Positions 18,984 through 27,621 of a stretch of DNA of 36,951 nt are shown one piece after another. Position 1 is the first letter of the stretch. The number at the start of each line of letters is the position of its first letter. A model generated the notes under the pieces. That model was not told the DNA's origin. It worked only from the letters and a program-made list of their open reading frames with translations, and ran no database searches. This DNA is from a virus. Lineage: Duplodnaviria > Caudoviricetes. The stretch spans positions 1-36,951 of the IMG/VR virus record IMGVR_UViG_3300010052_000161, one strand, 5' to 3'. The position numbers and the translations under genes are program-made.

Positions 18984-19352
18984 TCAAACACCGACTGTCA
19001 CCTTCCGGATCAGCCGAACCGGGAACCGGAGGACGGGCTGGCCCCGCGTCTGGCTGGGGCTCTTGACCCACACGTCCGCAATGCCGTCGACCCAGGATGT
19101 CCCGCTGGTGTCCGGCAACGTCATCCGCATCTGGCCCCGCGTGGCGCCGGACTGATCCAGAAGCTCGATCCCGGCGCCGCCGGTCGCGACCCGCAGGTGG
19201 AGCGTCCCCCCCAGCGAGGCGGGCTTCGAACGGACCTCCATGGCGGCGGAGTGCCCCGTCAGATCGACCGGGGTTCCGCCCTGAGTGACGCTCACGAGGA
19301 ACGTGATGTCCGCCCCCTCGGACCACTCGACGATGTTCTTGAGCTCAGTCAC
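18984..19352 (-). CDS. Conserved phage virion protein (BppU N-terminal-like)
   Basis: EGADITF..GTPVDLTGHSAAMEVR pattern is common in tail-associated proteins. Confidence 0.6.
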   Translation of the reverse strand: MTELKNIVEWSEGADITFLVSVTQGGTPVDLTGHSAAMEVRSKPASLGGTLHLRVATGGAGIELLDQSGATRGQMRMTLPDTSGTSWVDGIADVWVKSPSQTRGQPVLRFPVRLIRKVTVGV

Positions 19353-19623
19353 GAATCGCCCCTGCGGCCCGGCCGGCCATGAGTTTGCGGATGACCCACT
19401 GAATCAGGAGAGAGACGACCGTCTTCCCCACCCACAAGAGAACGAACCCGCCGACCGAGCCCATCGCGATCTCGTGGGCTTCCGCCGGGGTTTTTCCATT
19501 CGCGAGGGCCTGATCCACCGCGGCGCGAAGGCGCGCGCCTCGCCGGCGATTCCATCCGGCGGGGTGTTCAATCTCGGCGGCCCGGCAGAGGTATTCGTCG
19601 GCGGTCAGCGGTGCTCTTTCCAC
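19345..19623 (-). CDS. Small membrane protein
   Basis: GGAGG plus GTG 19623. C-terminal hydrophobic helix GGFVLLWVGKTVVSLLIQWVI. Overlaps both neighbours. Confidence 0.6.
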   Translation of the reverse strand: MERAPLTADEYLCRAAEIEHPAGWNRRRGARLRAAVDQALANGKTPAEAHEIAMGSVGGFVLLWVGKTVVSLLIQWVIRKLMAGRAAGAIRD

Positions 19624-20207
19624 TTCTCCTCCAGGGCCTGCATCGTCGTTGGCTTCCCAGTAGATCCGTCGTTCCAGAAGTACCTGTACCCCCCGGTGCC
19701 ATCCTGCCAGTGAAAGCAGGGGAACCCGACGTTTGCCGGAATGCCGAGAGCCTTCAGTCCCGCCTGGTCGATCTCGGACCACTCCACCCGGAACGGCAGA
19801 CCGTTCGCCTCGGACTCCTTCTTCACCCGCGGGCAGTGGACGCACTCGAACCAGGTTGGCGTGAACCCGTGGATGACCTGTACGTCCGCGGTCTCGGCGG
19901 CCTTCGCTGCCGGCTGACTCGGCCTGGCGAACCGGGCGTCGCAGTCCTTCACGAACGCATCGAAGTCTTTGCGGAGCAGGTCCTGGCGGCTGGCGAGGGC
20001 GTCGATCTGCCTCGAGAGCGTGTCGTTCGAGATGTCCGCCTTCCGCTCCGCCCGCTTGGCGATCGCCTCCGGGTTCGAGACATCCGCCAGGGCCAGAGGT
20101 CGTCCGACTCCGCGCGGAGTCGCAGCACCCGACACGGCCAGCAATGCCATACAGGTGAACGCGGTCGCGAGCACCGACGTCCACACGATCAGTCCCAATG
20201 CCTTCAT
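19605..20207 (-). CDS. Exported protein with coiled coil and thioredoxin-like CxxC domain
   Basis: N-terminal hydrophobic segment, GFTPTWFECVHC and a downstream GFPCF cis-Pro-like motif. Confidence 0.7.
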   Translation of the reverse strand: MKALGLIVWTSVLATAFTCMALLAVSGAATPRGVGRPLALADVSNPEAIAKRAERKADISNDTLSRQIDALASRQDLLRKDFDAFVKDCDARFARPSQPAAKAAETADVQVIHGFTPTWFECVHCPRVKKESEANGLPFRVEWSEIDQAGLKALGIPANVGFPCFHWQDGTGGYRYFWNDGSTGKPTTMQALEEKWKEHR

Positions 20208-20216
20208 ACGGCCTCC

Positions 20217-21035
20217 TTACCCAGCGAGCGTGTGAGCCTCGGGCGTCCAGACCCGGGGCTTTCGGACCGGCGAGGACATCGACGTGAGTCCCACGCAGGC
20301 CGTGTATTGATGAGAGAGCATCTGGAGGAACGCCTTGCGTGCGATCAGGAAGTAGCCCTTCCGGCCCCAGCTCTTGTTCCAGGAATTGGCGACCTTCAGG
20401 TACAGGCTGTCGTTGACCCGGACATAGCCGAGGATGGCGATGGCGTGCCCGCCGCCGTTTGCCGGCCGGAAGGTCTCGACCACAAACTCGGCGTCGAGGC
20501 CCGGAGGCCAGGTGATTCCGATCGAGATCGTGCCGTAGGCGGCGAGCCACTGCAGGGCCGCGTCCCACGGATCGCCTGGCATGTTCCGGAAGTCGACCCA
20601 CGCTCCGCAGCGGTAGAGCTTCGCGACATCGAGCTGCTCCTGGCGGGGGGAGAACTGAACGTAGGACGACGGGTACGGGCACTGTTCCTCGGTCGTCAGG
20701 CCCGTGTTGCGAGCGAGCTGGAGTCCTCCGGAGATCGTCGAGCCGTTGTCGCCGGAGATCCCGTCGATCCGCTGGGTCATGCGGTAGGCCCACCACCGCG
20801 AGAGCTGGACCTCGACGCCATGCTCCTGGCGGATGTTCCACTCGCAGCACGAACTGAGGTCGTGCCCCTGGCAGGCGCCCATGCCGCCCTGGTCTTCGAT
20901 CCGGAATCCCATCGTCTCGGGGTCGACCTCGGCCGGGAGATCCTTGTCCCGCGGATCGAACTGCCACCCGTTGAACGCGTGGTCGCGAACGTACTGGTGG
21001 TCCTGAAGGTCGAAGCGATAACCGAGAGCTTCCAT
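20217..21035 (-). CDS. Papain-like (C1 family) cysteine peptidase
   Basis: DQGGMGAC (Gln and catalytic Cys), GGHAIAILGY (His) and ANSWNKSWGRKGYF (Asn). Confidence 0.9.
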   Translation of the reverse strand: MEALGYRFDLQDHQYVRDHAFNGWQFDPRDKDLPAEVDPETMGFRIEDQGGMGACQGHDLSSCCEWNIRQEHGVEVQLSRWWAYRMTQRIDGISGDNGSTISGGLQLARNTGLTTEEQCPYPSSYVQFSPRQEQLDVAKLYRCGAWVDFRNMPGDPWDAALQWLAAYGTISIGITWPPGLDAEFVVETFRPANGGGHAIAILGYVRVNDSLYLKVANSWNKSWGRKGYFLIARKAFLQMLSHQYTACVGLTSMSSPVRKPRVWTPEAHTLAG

Positions 21036-21059
21036 GCTCACTCCAGTGGAATTCAAAAC

Positions 21060-21121
21060 AGGAGCCGTAGGACTTGAACCCACCGGTAGCCCGCCTGAGT
21101 TGCCCCAGGTCGCTGGCCCCT
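21060..21121 (-). ncRNA. tRNA-like minihelix (acceptor stem plus T-arm, no D-arm or anticodon loop)
   Basis: 7-bp stem AGGGGCC/GGCTCCT stacked on T-arm GTGGG-TTCAAGT-CCTAC, with an internal hairpin CCTGGG-GCAA-CTCAGG. Confidence 0.5.
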
Positions 21122-21152
21122 TTGGTGCGTTGCGACGAGACGCACCCCCTCC

Positions 21153-21686
21153 TCAATGAGCCGTGATCTTCGAGGCCGCGTTACGGCAGGCACGAGCCAT
21201 CTCTCTGGCGCCGGTCGCCAGGGTCTTGGCGTCATAGCGATCCTCGCCGTCCGGCGTTCCGCCTGCGTGCCCGAAGACATACGCGTCGAACCCGTCCGGT
21301 CCGCCGTAGGCGTCGCCTCGAGCCTTGGCGGTTCGCTCGGCGAACCACTTCGCGGCGTCCCCGCTCTCTTCGAATGAGTCTGCCCGGTTCGAGAACTCCT
21401 CCAGGCTGTCGGCCCAGTTGAGCAGGTAGCGGGCGTGTGACTTCGTGACGGCGTCCGTCGGAGCGTCTTCCACCGTCACGATCGGATAGGCCGGCGGGGC
21501 GACCGCTCCGCGCGGAGTGAAGCGGACCAACAGGACGATCCCCGCCGCGAGGCTGGCGGCGACAACGAGAGCCACCCCGATCGTCCTCCACGAGAGACCT
21601 CCCGCGGCCGCTCCACGCTTGACCGGAGTCTTGCGTGGAGCGGCCTTCCCGGAAGGTTTGCGGGGGAGTGTCTTACGCCTTGCCAA
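21153..21686 (-). CDS. Single-pass membrane protein with periplasmic helical domain
   Basis: Basic N-terminus, TM segment IGVALVVAASLAAGIVLLV, AAGGAGG plus TTG start. Confidence 0.7.
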   Translation of the reverse strand: MARRKTLPRKPSGKAAPRKTPVKRGAAAGGLSWRTIGVALVVAASLAAGIVLLVRFTPRGAVAPPAYPIVTVEDAPTDAVTKSHARYLLNWADSLEEFSNRADSFEESGDAAKWFAERTAKARGDAYGGPDGFDAYVFGHAGGTPDGEDRYDAKTLATGAREMARACRNAASKITAH

Positions 21687-22101
21687 ACCGGACCTCCTTC
21701 GCCGTGATGCCGACGAGCCCGCTCATTGTCCCCTCTTCCACGGAGATGATGTTCGCGAGAGCGTCGAAGGCGGCCTCGGCGGTCTGCATCCAGAACGCCC
21801 GGACCGCCGGGATGGCGAAGCCCGAAACGATCCGCAGATACCACCGGCTCTTGAGCTTGGTGGTGAGAATTGGGGCGACGACCTGATCGAACACCTGCTC
21901 GGCCGCGTCCCGCAGAACTCCTTTTCGATCGGACGTCCGCAGCCCGGTCACCCCGTGAACCAGGGAGGCGACCTCCCGCCCGGCGTGAACTGTGAGTTGG
22001 ACGGCTTCCTTCCAGGAGAGGACGCCGTCCTTCGAGAGCTCGGCGTACTCCGTCTTCAGAGCGGCGACGAGCTTCGTGATCTTGTCGTACAGCGTGTCCA
22101 T
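21673..22101 (-). CDS. Hypothetical helical protein
   Basis: MDTLYDKITKL start with GAGG Shine-Dalgarno; tight operon spacing. Confidence 0.7.
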   Translation of the reverse strand: MDTLYDKITKLVAALKTEYAELSKDGVLSWKEAVQLTVHAGREVASLVHGVTGLRTSDRKGVLRDAAEQVFDQVVAPILTTKLKSRWYLRIVSGFAIPAVRAFWMQTAEAAFDALANIISVEEGTMSGLVGITAKEVRFGKA

Positions 22102-22103
22102 CC

Positions 22104-22355
22104 CTACCTCAGCATTTCTTCCGTGGGGAGAGCGGCGTCCGGAACGAAGAAGTTGGACTCGCATTCGTCCGGTGTGACCTGGGTCAGTCGGTGGCAGTCG
22201 GGGCACTCGACCCGCTCGCAGAACGGGTGCTCGGCCTGCCACTCCGCGGAGCAGAACTCGCAGATCACCGGATGGAGCCGAGCGTTTCGGGCCTGACACC
22301 GCTTCACGATGCGGCCCCTCTTGTCGTAGTCCACTTCCCGGAGATCAGCGTTCAT
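22104..22355 (-). CDS. Small zinc-ribbon protein
   Basis: CEFC...CPDC; overlaps the upstream gene. Confidence 0.6.
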   Translation of the reverse strand: MNADLREVDYDKRGRIVKRCQARNARLHPVICEFCSAEWQAEHPFCERVECPDCHRLTQVTPDECESNFFVPDAALPTEEMLR

Positions 22356-22755
22356 GGTCCTCGAGTTCTCCGAGGGCCCCTTTCATGAGGCCGATCTCGT
22401 AAGCCAGAGAGACATTGGCGTCCCCGCTGGCGTTGATCTTCTCGATGGCCGAGATGCCCGCCTGCATCATCTTGTGAATGGAGCGGACATCCCGGCCTGT
22501 CTGTTCCGTCGTCTCGCTGTTCTTCGCCATGACGGGGCAGAGCGAGGCGACGGCGGTGGTCAACTTTTCCGCGTTCTCCCGGTGCGACCGCCGCTCCGGA
22601 ATGGCGATGAAGTACAGGTAGATCAGCCCGAAGACGAACATCATCCCGAGGACGAAGACGGCGACGAGGCCCATCTCGGTCTTCGTCCGGCTGATCGCAT
22701 CGGTGACGATCCCGGCCCCGGGAACGTCCTGGGCCAGAAGAATCGGGAGCGACAT
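22345..22755 (-). CDS. Membrane protein, holin-like candidate
   Basis: TM segment GLVAVFVLGMMFVFGLIYLYFIAI followed by a charged helical tail. TGATG coupling to the upstream gene. Confidence 0.55.
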   Translation of the reverse strand: MSLPILLAQDVPGAGIVTDAISRTKTEMGLVAVFVLGMMFVFGLIYLYFIAIPERRSHRENAEKLTTAVASLCPVMAKNSETTEQTGRDVRSIHKMMQAGISAIEKINASGDANVSLAYEIGLMKGALGELEDHER

Positions 22756-23120
22756 CACGAGGCGTTCCCCCCGAACATCGCGAGCACCTGTTCGAACACC
22801 CCAGCGAGCTGCATTCGCTCGATGTCTCGGCACGCTTCCCGGAATGAGCCGAGCTGCTGCAGCGTGAGCGGCGGCTTGTCGAGCCACGCCCGCTGCAGAA
22901 CGATTCTTCCCATTCGCCCGCTCGGCGTGTGGGGCATCTGAATTCCATCGGCGAGTTGCACCGGATTCGGTGTCCCGCTGATGGCGTAGTTCACGGTGTT
23001 GCCGATCGCCTCGGCAATGTCCCACGCGTCAAGGCCCGCCTCGGCGGCGATGCTGTCGAGGAGGACCGGAGTGTGTGGCTGGAGTGCCTCAGCCGGAGGC
23101 GTCTGCTGTTCTTCGGTCAT
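22755..23120 (-). CDS. Hypothetical protein
   Basis: 121-aa ORF translationally coupled to the next gene. Confidence 0.6.
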   Translation of the reverse strand: MTEEQQTPPAEALQPHTPVLLDSIAAEAGLDAWDIAEAIGNTVNYAISGTPNPVQLADGIQMPHTPSGRMGRIVLQRAWLDKPPLTLQQLGSFREACRDIERMQLAGVFEQVLAMFGGNAS

Positions 23121-23174
23121 CCTTGACCCCTGCTGCGTTGCTGTCAGGAGTCTGTCGGAGGATGTCGTGGGTCG

Positions 23175-24137
23175 TCAGAAAGGCAAGGCGGTGGGTGGCG
23201 CTGCTGGCGGCTTTGGGCCAGCAGTGGAATGGACGCCCCATTCGGACGGACGTTGCTGGCGCTGGCAATTCCTACCGACTACGCGAATGCACCGCAGGCA
23301 GTCGAGCCACACGCCCGATCGCAGCGCCTCTCGAAAATCCTTGCATCCCTCGGGTGTGAAACACCACCCGACTCCGAGACGCTCGGCGACTCGCTCGGCT
23401 CCCGCCTTCCCCGGCCAGCAGTGAGCGCACCCGCTGCACTCGGCGGGACACGAATCGAGCACGCCTCGTTTGTCAGGGCGCTCATCGCGCTCACCCACCA
23501 CGAGGACCGGTCTGGACTCCGCGCGGAGTCGGAGCATCCCGGCGATGGTTTCGGATCCTCCGCAGCTCGAGGGACGACCGATCGCGGCGATTCCGGCCGT
23601 GGCCGCCGCCGCGACGTCGCTCCCTCCCTCGACGATCAGGATGACTCCGGGGGCCTTCCACCAGTCGGGCAGGCAGAAGACCCCGGCGTTGCTGGTCCCC
23701 GGATATGTTCGTTTCTCTCCGTCATCCAGATACCTCCGCACGATTCCGATGATCTGCCCGTCCGCCCGGCGGGAGGGGAACGATGCCCACTCCCGTCCGT
23801 TCCAGTCGCACCCCCAGCCGACCCGCAGGGCCTCCAGGCTGGCGACGCTCACGCCCAGTGTCTCGGCGAGATCCTCGCGGGTTGCCGGGGCCGTCTCGTG
23901 CTCGTACAGCCGCCGGGCCAGGGCCGCGCACTCGGGCTGGGGGATGACCGCTTTCGGTGCGGCTTCGACTGCCGGAAGGGGATCGTCCAGGTCGTGCAGC
24001 CATCCCCCCGCCGGCCGCTCCCGGTCGGAGGGCACCCGCATGCAGAGCGCCACTTCGCCATCCGCCGTGAAGCAACACCAGTCCCGCTTCCGGCAAATCG
24101 GGCATGGCGATCGATCCGTGACCCGAATCCAAGACAT
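23175..24137 (-). CDS. DNA primase-like protein (Zn finger plus TOPRIM)
   Basis: N-terminal CPIC..DWC..C, TOPRIM ILIVEGGSD and VVGERD, and KDFRE. Confidence 0.85.
   Translation of the reverse strand: MSWIRVTDRSPCPICRKRDWCCFTADGEVALCMRVPSDRERPAGGWLHDLDDPLPAVEAAPKAVIPQPECAALARRLYEHETAPATREDLAETLGVSVASLEALRVGWGCDWNGREWASFPSRRADGQIIGIVRRYLDDGEKRTYPGTSNAGVFCLPDWWKAPGVILIVEGGSDVAAAATAGIAAIGRPSSCGGSETIAGMLRLRAESRPVLVVGERDERPDKRGVLDSCPAECSGCAHCWPGKAGAERVAERLGVGWCFTPEGCKDFREALRSGVWLDCLRCIRVVGRNCQRQQRPSEWGVHSTAGPKPPAAPPTALPF
23199..23226. repeat. CTGCTGG-N-CCAGCAG REP-like hairpin within the primase 3' end
   Basis: Its reverse complement closely matches 15929-15957. Confidence 0.7.
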
Positions 24138-24286
24138 GTTTTCGACTTCAGTCCTGACCCCCGGGCAGATCCGCCGCGCCGTGACGACCATGCTCCGCGG
24201 CACGAAGGTCGGCGAAATCTACGGCGGTGTCACGCCTTTCAGGCCAAAGACGTTGCCTTCAGATGGGCTCTGTCCACCAGCCCGCC

Positions 24287-25966
24287 TTACCCTTCGCCCC
24301 TCAGATCCCTGAACCGCTTCACTTCCGCGTCCCCTTGAGCCATGGAGAGCGTCTTGATTTGTCCCCATCGAAAACCTTCCTTCAACAGGACGTCGAAGTG
24401 GACGCGGCGTTTCGTGATGACCGCTCCCGCCTGGGCCTTGTTCCAGGTCGAGGCCGTGGTTGCGGAGATCCCCATCTTCACGAGGTACGCGAGCTGCTTG
24501 TCCGAGATCGTGCCGCGGCGGACCTGGGACGCTATGCCCCCCTCGTTCGCGAATGGGTTCACTTCGCGGATGTCGTACTCCACCTCCGCCCGGATCCCCC
24601 GCCGGGCCTCCATCTCCTGCCGGCGGCGCTCCATCGCCTCCTGGGCCTGCCGCCGTTTCTCCTCTGCCTTCCGCTGCCGCTCCGCCTCGTCCTGCTCCGA
24701 CTTCTCGCGGGAGGATTTGGCCTTCCTGAGTTCTTCCGCGGGGTCGAAGATCTCCTGGGACTTCCCGGCCGCGGCCCGAGCGGCGGCGATGTCGGCGGGG
24801 GCCGCGTCCCCCGCGAGGAGGTCGATCGAGGTCACGATCCCCAGCTCTGCCGAGACCCCCACGAAGTCGAGCACCGTGCAGAACGGTTTTCGTCCGTGGG
24901 CGATGAACATCTTCCGGGCCTCAGCGGTCTCGTGGGAGCCGAGGGTCTCTCCGCCGAGGACTCGCGTCCCGCGGCCGACGATCTGCGTGTAGAGGCTCTT
25001 GCTCCTGGTGGGCCGGGCGTTGGCGATGATCGCCACGTTCTCGGCGTCGAAGCCCTCCGTGAAGACGCCGCACCCGACGAGGAACTGGACCTCTCCGCTT
25101 TTGAACTGGCGGATCGACTCCGCCCGCTCCTCCTTCGGCGTGTCGTCGACGACGCACAGGGCCGAGACGCCGGAGTCGTGCCAGCGGTTGAGGACGTGCG
25201 CGATGTCCCGGGCGTGCTGCTTGCCGGCGGCGAACACGAGCCCCTGCCTGCCGGCGGCCTCTTTGACGGTCGGGACGACCACTTCCATGATCGGACCTTC
25301 GTCGAGGTTGGCCTCCTCGTGCTTGCCGACCCCGCCCCGCATGGCCCGCTGCAGGGAGCCGTCGGCGAAGTCTCCCCCCATCTTCGTGCGGACCTCTGCG
25401 AAGTTGAGCCCGTGGACGGTGACGATCCCCTGGCGGACCGGGCACAGCCAGCCCTCCTGGATCCCCCACGCGAGATCCCGCTGGAACGCGACGGTCTCGC
25501 AGATCTTCCCGAGGCCGACGCCGTCCCCGCGGTGGGGCGTGGCAGTCACCAGGAGGAACTGGCAGTCCGGGTTCCGGCCGTAGTAGCCCATGATGCGGCG
25601 GTAACTGGCGGCCGTGCCGTGGTGGGCCTCATCGATCACCACCAACCCGAAGTCCCTGGGATCGAACCGCTGCATGCGGCGGACCAGTCCTTCGAGGCAG
25701 CGAGTGCAATCCGACCAGCGGGGCCAAAGGTCGTCCGTCACGCCGCCGAAGATCCGGCACTCGCCGCCGCAGTCGGGGCATTTCCGTCCGGCGTTCTGCG
25801 TCTGGATCGACGAGACGACGACGGGGGAGCCGAACAGTCCCGAGCGGCCGGCGAACTGGTCGGCCATCTCGACCTCGGGACGGAGTCCGAGGTGCCGGCC
25901 GAGCTTGTCCGCCGCCTGCTCGATCAGCTCGGTGCGGTGGGCGAGGATCAGGACGCGGTGCGACAT
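24287..25966 (-). CDS. SF2 DEAD/DEAH-box helicase, C-terminal part (motifs Ia-VI)
   Basis: VLILAHRTELIEQ, DEAHH, TATPHRGD, TEGFD and QIVGRGTR. Has its own GGAGG Shine-Dalgarno. Lacks Walker A. Confidence 0.9.
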   Translation of the reverse strand: MSHRVLILAHRTELIEQAADKLGRHLGLRPEVEMADQFAGRSGLFGSPVVVSSIQTQNAGRKCPDCGGECRIFGGVTDDLWPRWSDCTRCLEGLVRRMQRFDPRDFGLVVIDEAHHGTAASYRRIMGYYGRNPDCQFLLVTATPHRGDGVGLGKICETVAFQRDLAWGIQEGWLCPVRQGIVTVHGLNFAEVRTKMGGDFADGSLQRAMRGGVGKHEEANLDEGPIMEVVVPTVKEAAGRQGLVFAAGKQHARDIAHVLNRWHDSGVSALCVVDDTPKEERAESIRQFKSGEVQFLVGCGVFTEGFDAENVAIIANARPTRSKSLYTQIVGRGTRVLGGETLGSHETAEARKMFIAHGRKPFCTVLDFVGVSAELGIVTSIDLLAGDAAPADIAAARAAAGKSQEIFDPAEELRKAKSSREKSEQDEAERQRKAEEKRRQAQEAMERRRQEMEARRGIRAEVEYDIREVNPFANEGGIASQVRRGTISDKQLAYLVKMGISATTASTWNKAQAGAVITKRRVHFDVLLKEGFRWGQIKTLSMAQGDAEVKRFRDLRGEG

Positions 25967-25997
25967 GTTCAGTCCTCCGGCTCTCGCTCGGCCTCTT

Positions 25998-26201
25998 TCA
26001 GATCTCCTGCTTCAGCCATCGTTCCACCACCTCCGAGAAGACGACCGTCTTCCCGAGACCGGTCGCCATGACGACGAGCGTCGACCGGACCCCCCGGCCG
26101 AACTCTGCAAACACCGCGTCCACGCACTCCCCCTGATAGGGACGCATCGCGAACTGGCGGGGGTGCTTTGATGGGGCCCCCAGGCCCGAAAAGAGATCCA
26201 T
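25998..26201 (-). CDS. SF2 helicase N-terminal fragment (Q motif plus Walker A)
   Basis: MRPYQ..AV..TLVVMATGLGKTVVF. Confidence 0.85.
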   Translation of the reverse strand: MDLFSGLGAPSKHPRQFAMRPYQGECVDAVFAEFGRGVRSTLVVMATGLGKTVVFSEVVERWLKQEI

Positions 26202-26267
26202 CTCGACCCGATCCTTGGGTTAGAGCGTCTTGAGAAGCGGCGTTCCGCGAGTCTGCTGTCGCTGAGA

Positions 26268-26332
26268 GAGCGGCTTGAAAGGCCGCTCGATGGTCGGCCG
26301 TGAGCGCCGTAGGACGGCTTTCCAAGCCGTCC
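26268..26332. repeat. GTAG-type REP-like hairpin plus related partner hairpin
   Basis: GTAGGACGGCTTTCCAAGCCGTCC (26309-26332) and GAGCGGCTTGAAAGGCCGCTC (26268-26288). Confidence 0.7.
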
Positions 26333-26346
26333 GGGCCGCCACCGGC

Positions 26347-27465
26347 TCAGTCCTTCAGCGCCCCTTTCTCGCGGTCATCCAGCCGGGCGTGCTGCAGCGG
26401 CGTGATGAACCCCGCTCCCTTGCACAGCTTGCAGTTCGGGACTGCGTCGCAGCGGGGGCACTCCGTGTAGTACTCCGCCCCCCTGAACTGGTTCTGGATC
26501 GTCTTGAATCCCCGCCCCGCCGCGGCGACGTCGAGGTACTCCCACCCCGGCTTCCCCGCGAGGCCGTCGACTTCAGAGATCAGCATCCCGAGACGCCGCA
26601 CCCACTCCGCCACCGCCGCCGTGTTGTGCTTGCCGCGGAGTCCGGGCGGGACCGGGCGGTTCAGCTTGTCGACCAGCTTGCCACGCGTCTGGGCCTCCCC
26701 CGGCGCGGCCTCCGCCGGCCTGGTCTCTGCTGGCCTGGTCTCCGGCAGCGCCTCCGCGATCTCCTCGACGGACGTCCCGACGTCCCGTTTCGGAAGCGGC
26801 TCGCAGTTCGGGTTCGTCCTGTTCGGGTTCGCCTTGGCGTCCATCCGCTCGACGCGGGCGGTCTCCGCAGCCGGAGTCGGTTCGCTCGGCTTTTCGCGGG
26901 GGCGGTCGCTCGGTGTCTCGCGGCGGAGGGACTGCGGGACGTGGATGTCCGGCGTTCCCGCCTTCTTGAGCCGGACGAGCTGGCGGTAGATGAACCCGCG
27001 GGAGAGCCCCGTTTTCCCTTCGATCCCCTCCTTGCCGTACAGCTGCAGCGTCGGGAACATCGCCCGGGCTTTCATGAACACCCGCTGGCAGGTCGCGGCG
27101 TCCCGCTTGAGGCCGTGGTTGGTGTTCGCCTTGAGGCTGTATTCCTTGGCGGCGAACAGCGGATCCTCGACGACGTGCACCTCGCACAGCCACGCGTCGC
27201 GCCCCGCCCGCTCCAGGGACTCGTATCGGTGGAACCCCTCCGCCAGGTAATACAGGTCCGTCAGGCCGCCGCGGGTGAAGACGACCAGCGGCGGGAAGAG
27301 ATCGTTGCGAAGGGGGGCTCCCTTCTGCTGCTGCTCCTCATCCGACTCCGTCACGAGCTCGGTGAGCTGATGGATGTGCTCCTCGCTCATCTGCTCGCGG
27401 CACTGGAAGGCGAGGCACTCCTCCCACGGGATCTGCTCCAACGGAACCAGTCTGACTTCCGACAT
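26347..27465 (-). CDS. ParB N-terminal-like protein with HTH and C-terminal Cys cluster
   Basis: FPPLVVF..YYLAEGFHRYES, ANTNHGL, HTH-like IEGKTGLSRGFIYR and CPRC..CKLC. Start at MSEVRL. Confidence 0.75.
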   Translation of the reverse strand: MSEVRLVPLEQIPWEECLAFQCREQMSEEHIHQLTELVTESDEEQQQKGAPLRNDLFPPLVVFTRGGLTDLYYLAEGFHRYESLERAGRDAWLCEVHVVEDPLFAAKEYSLKANTNHGLKRDAATCQRVFMKARAMFPTLQLYGKEGIEGKTGLSRGFIYRQLVRLKKAGTPDIHVPQSLRRETPSDRPREKPSEPTPAAETARVERMDAKANPNRTNPNCEPLPKRDVGTSVEEIAEALPETRPAETRPAEAAPGEAQTRGKLVDKLNRPVPPGLRGKHNTAAVAEWVRRLGMLISEVDGLAGKPGWEYLDVAAAGRGFKTIQNQFRGAEYYTECPRCDAVPNCKLCKGAGFITPLQHARLDDREKGALKD

Positions 27466-27542
27466 CGCCTCGACTCCCTTTGGCCGCGTGGTGCGGCCGT
27501 TGATCGTTTTCTTCCACGGCGTCCCAGAGGGGAGAAGTGGGG

Positions 27543-27621
27543 AGTGGGTCGTTGGTCGTGAGTAGCCAGACAGGAATTCCGCCACGTCTTCGGCGACCAA
27601 TGACCCACCACCCACTATTCC
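27543..27621. repeat. Dispersed intergenic element copy B
   Basis: Matches copies A and C. Supplies the stop codon of the upstream sigma-like gene. Confidence 0.75.

Noticed and set aside
21060-21121. Functional decoding tRNA
   Set aside because: No D-arm and no 7-nt anticodon loop; kept only as a tRNA-like structure.
19345-21156. 603-aa ORF as a single protein
   Set aside because: Overlaps the peptidase and Trx-like genes out of frame. Only the last 92 codons look coding.
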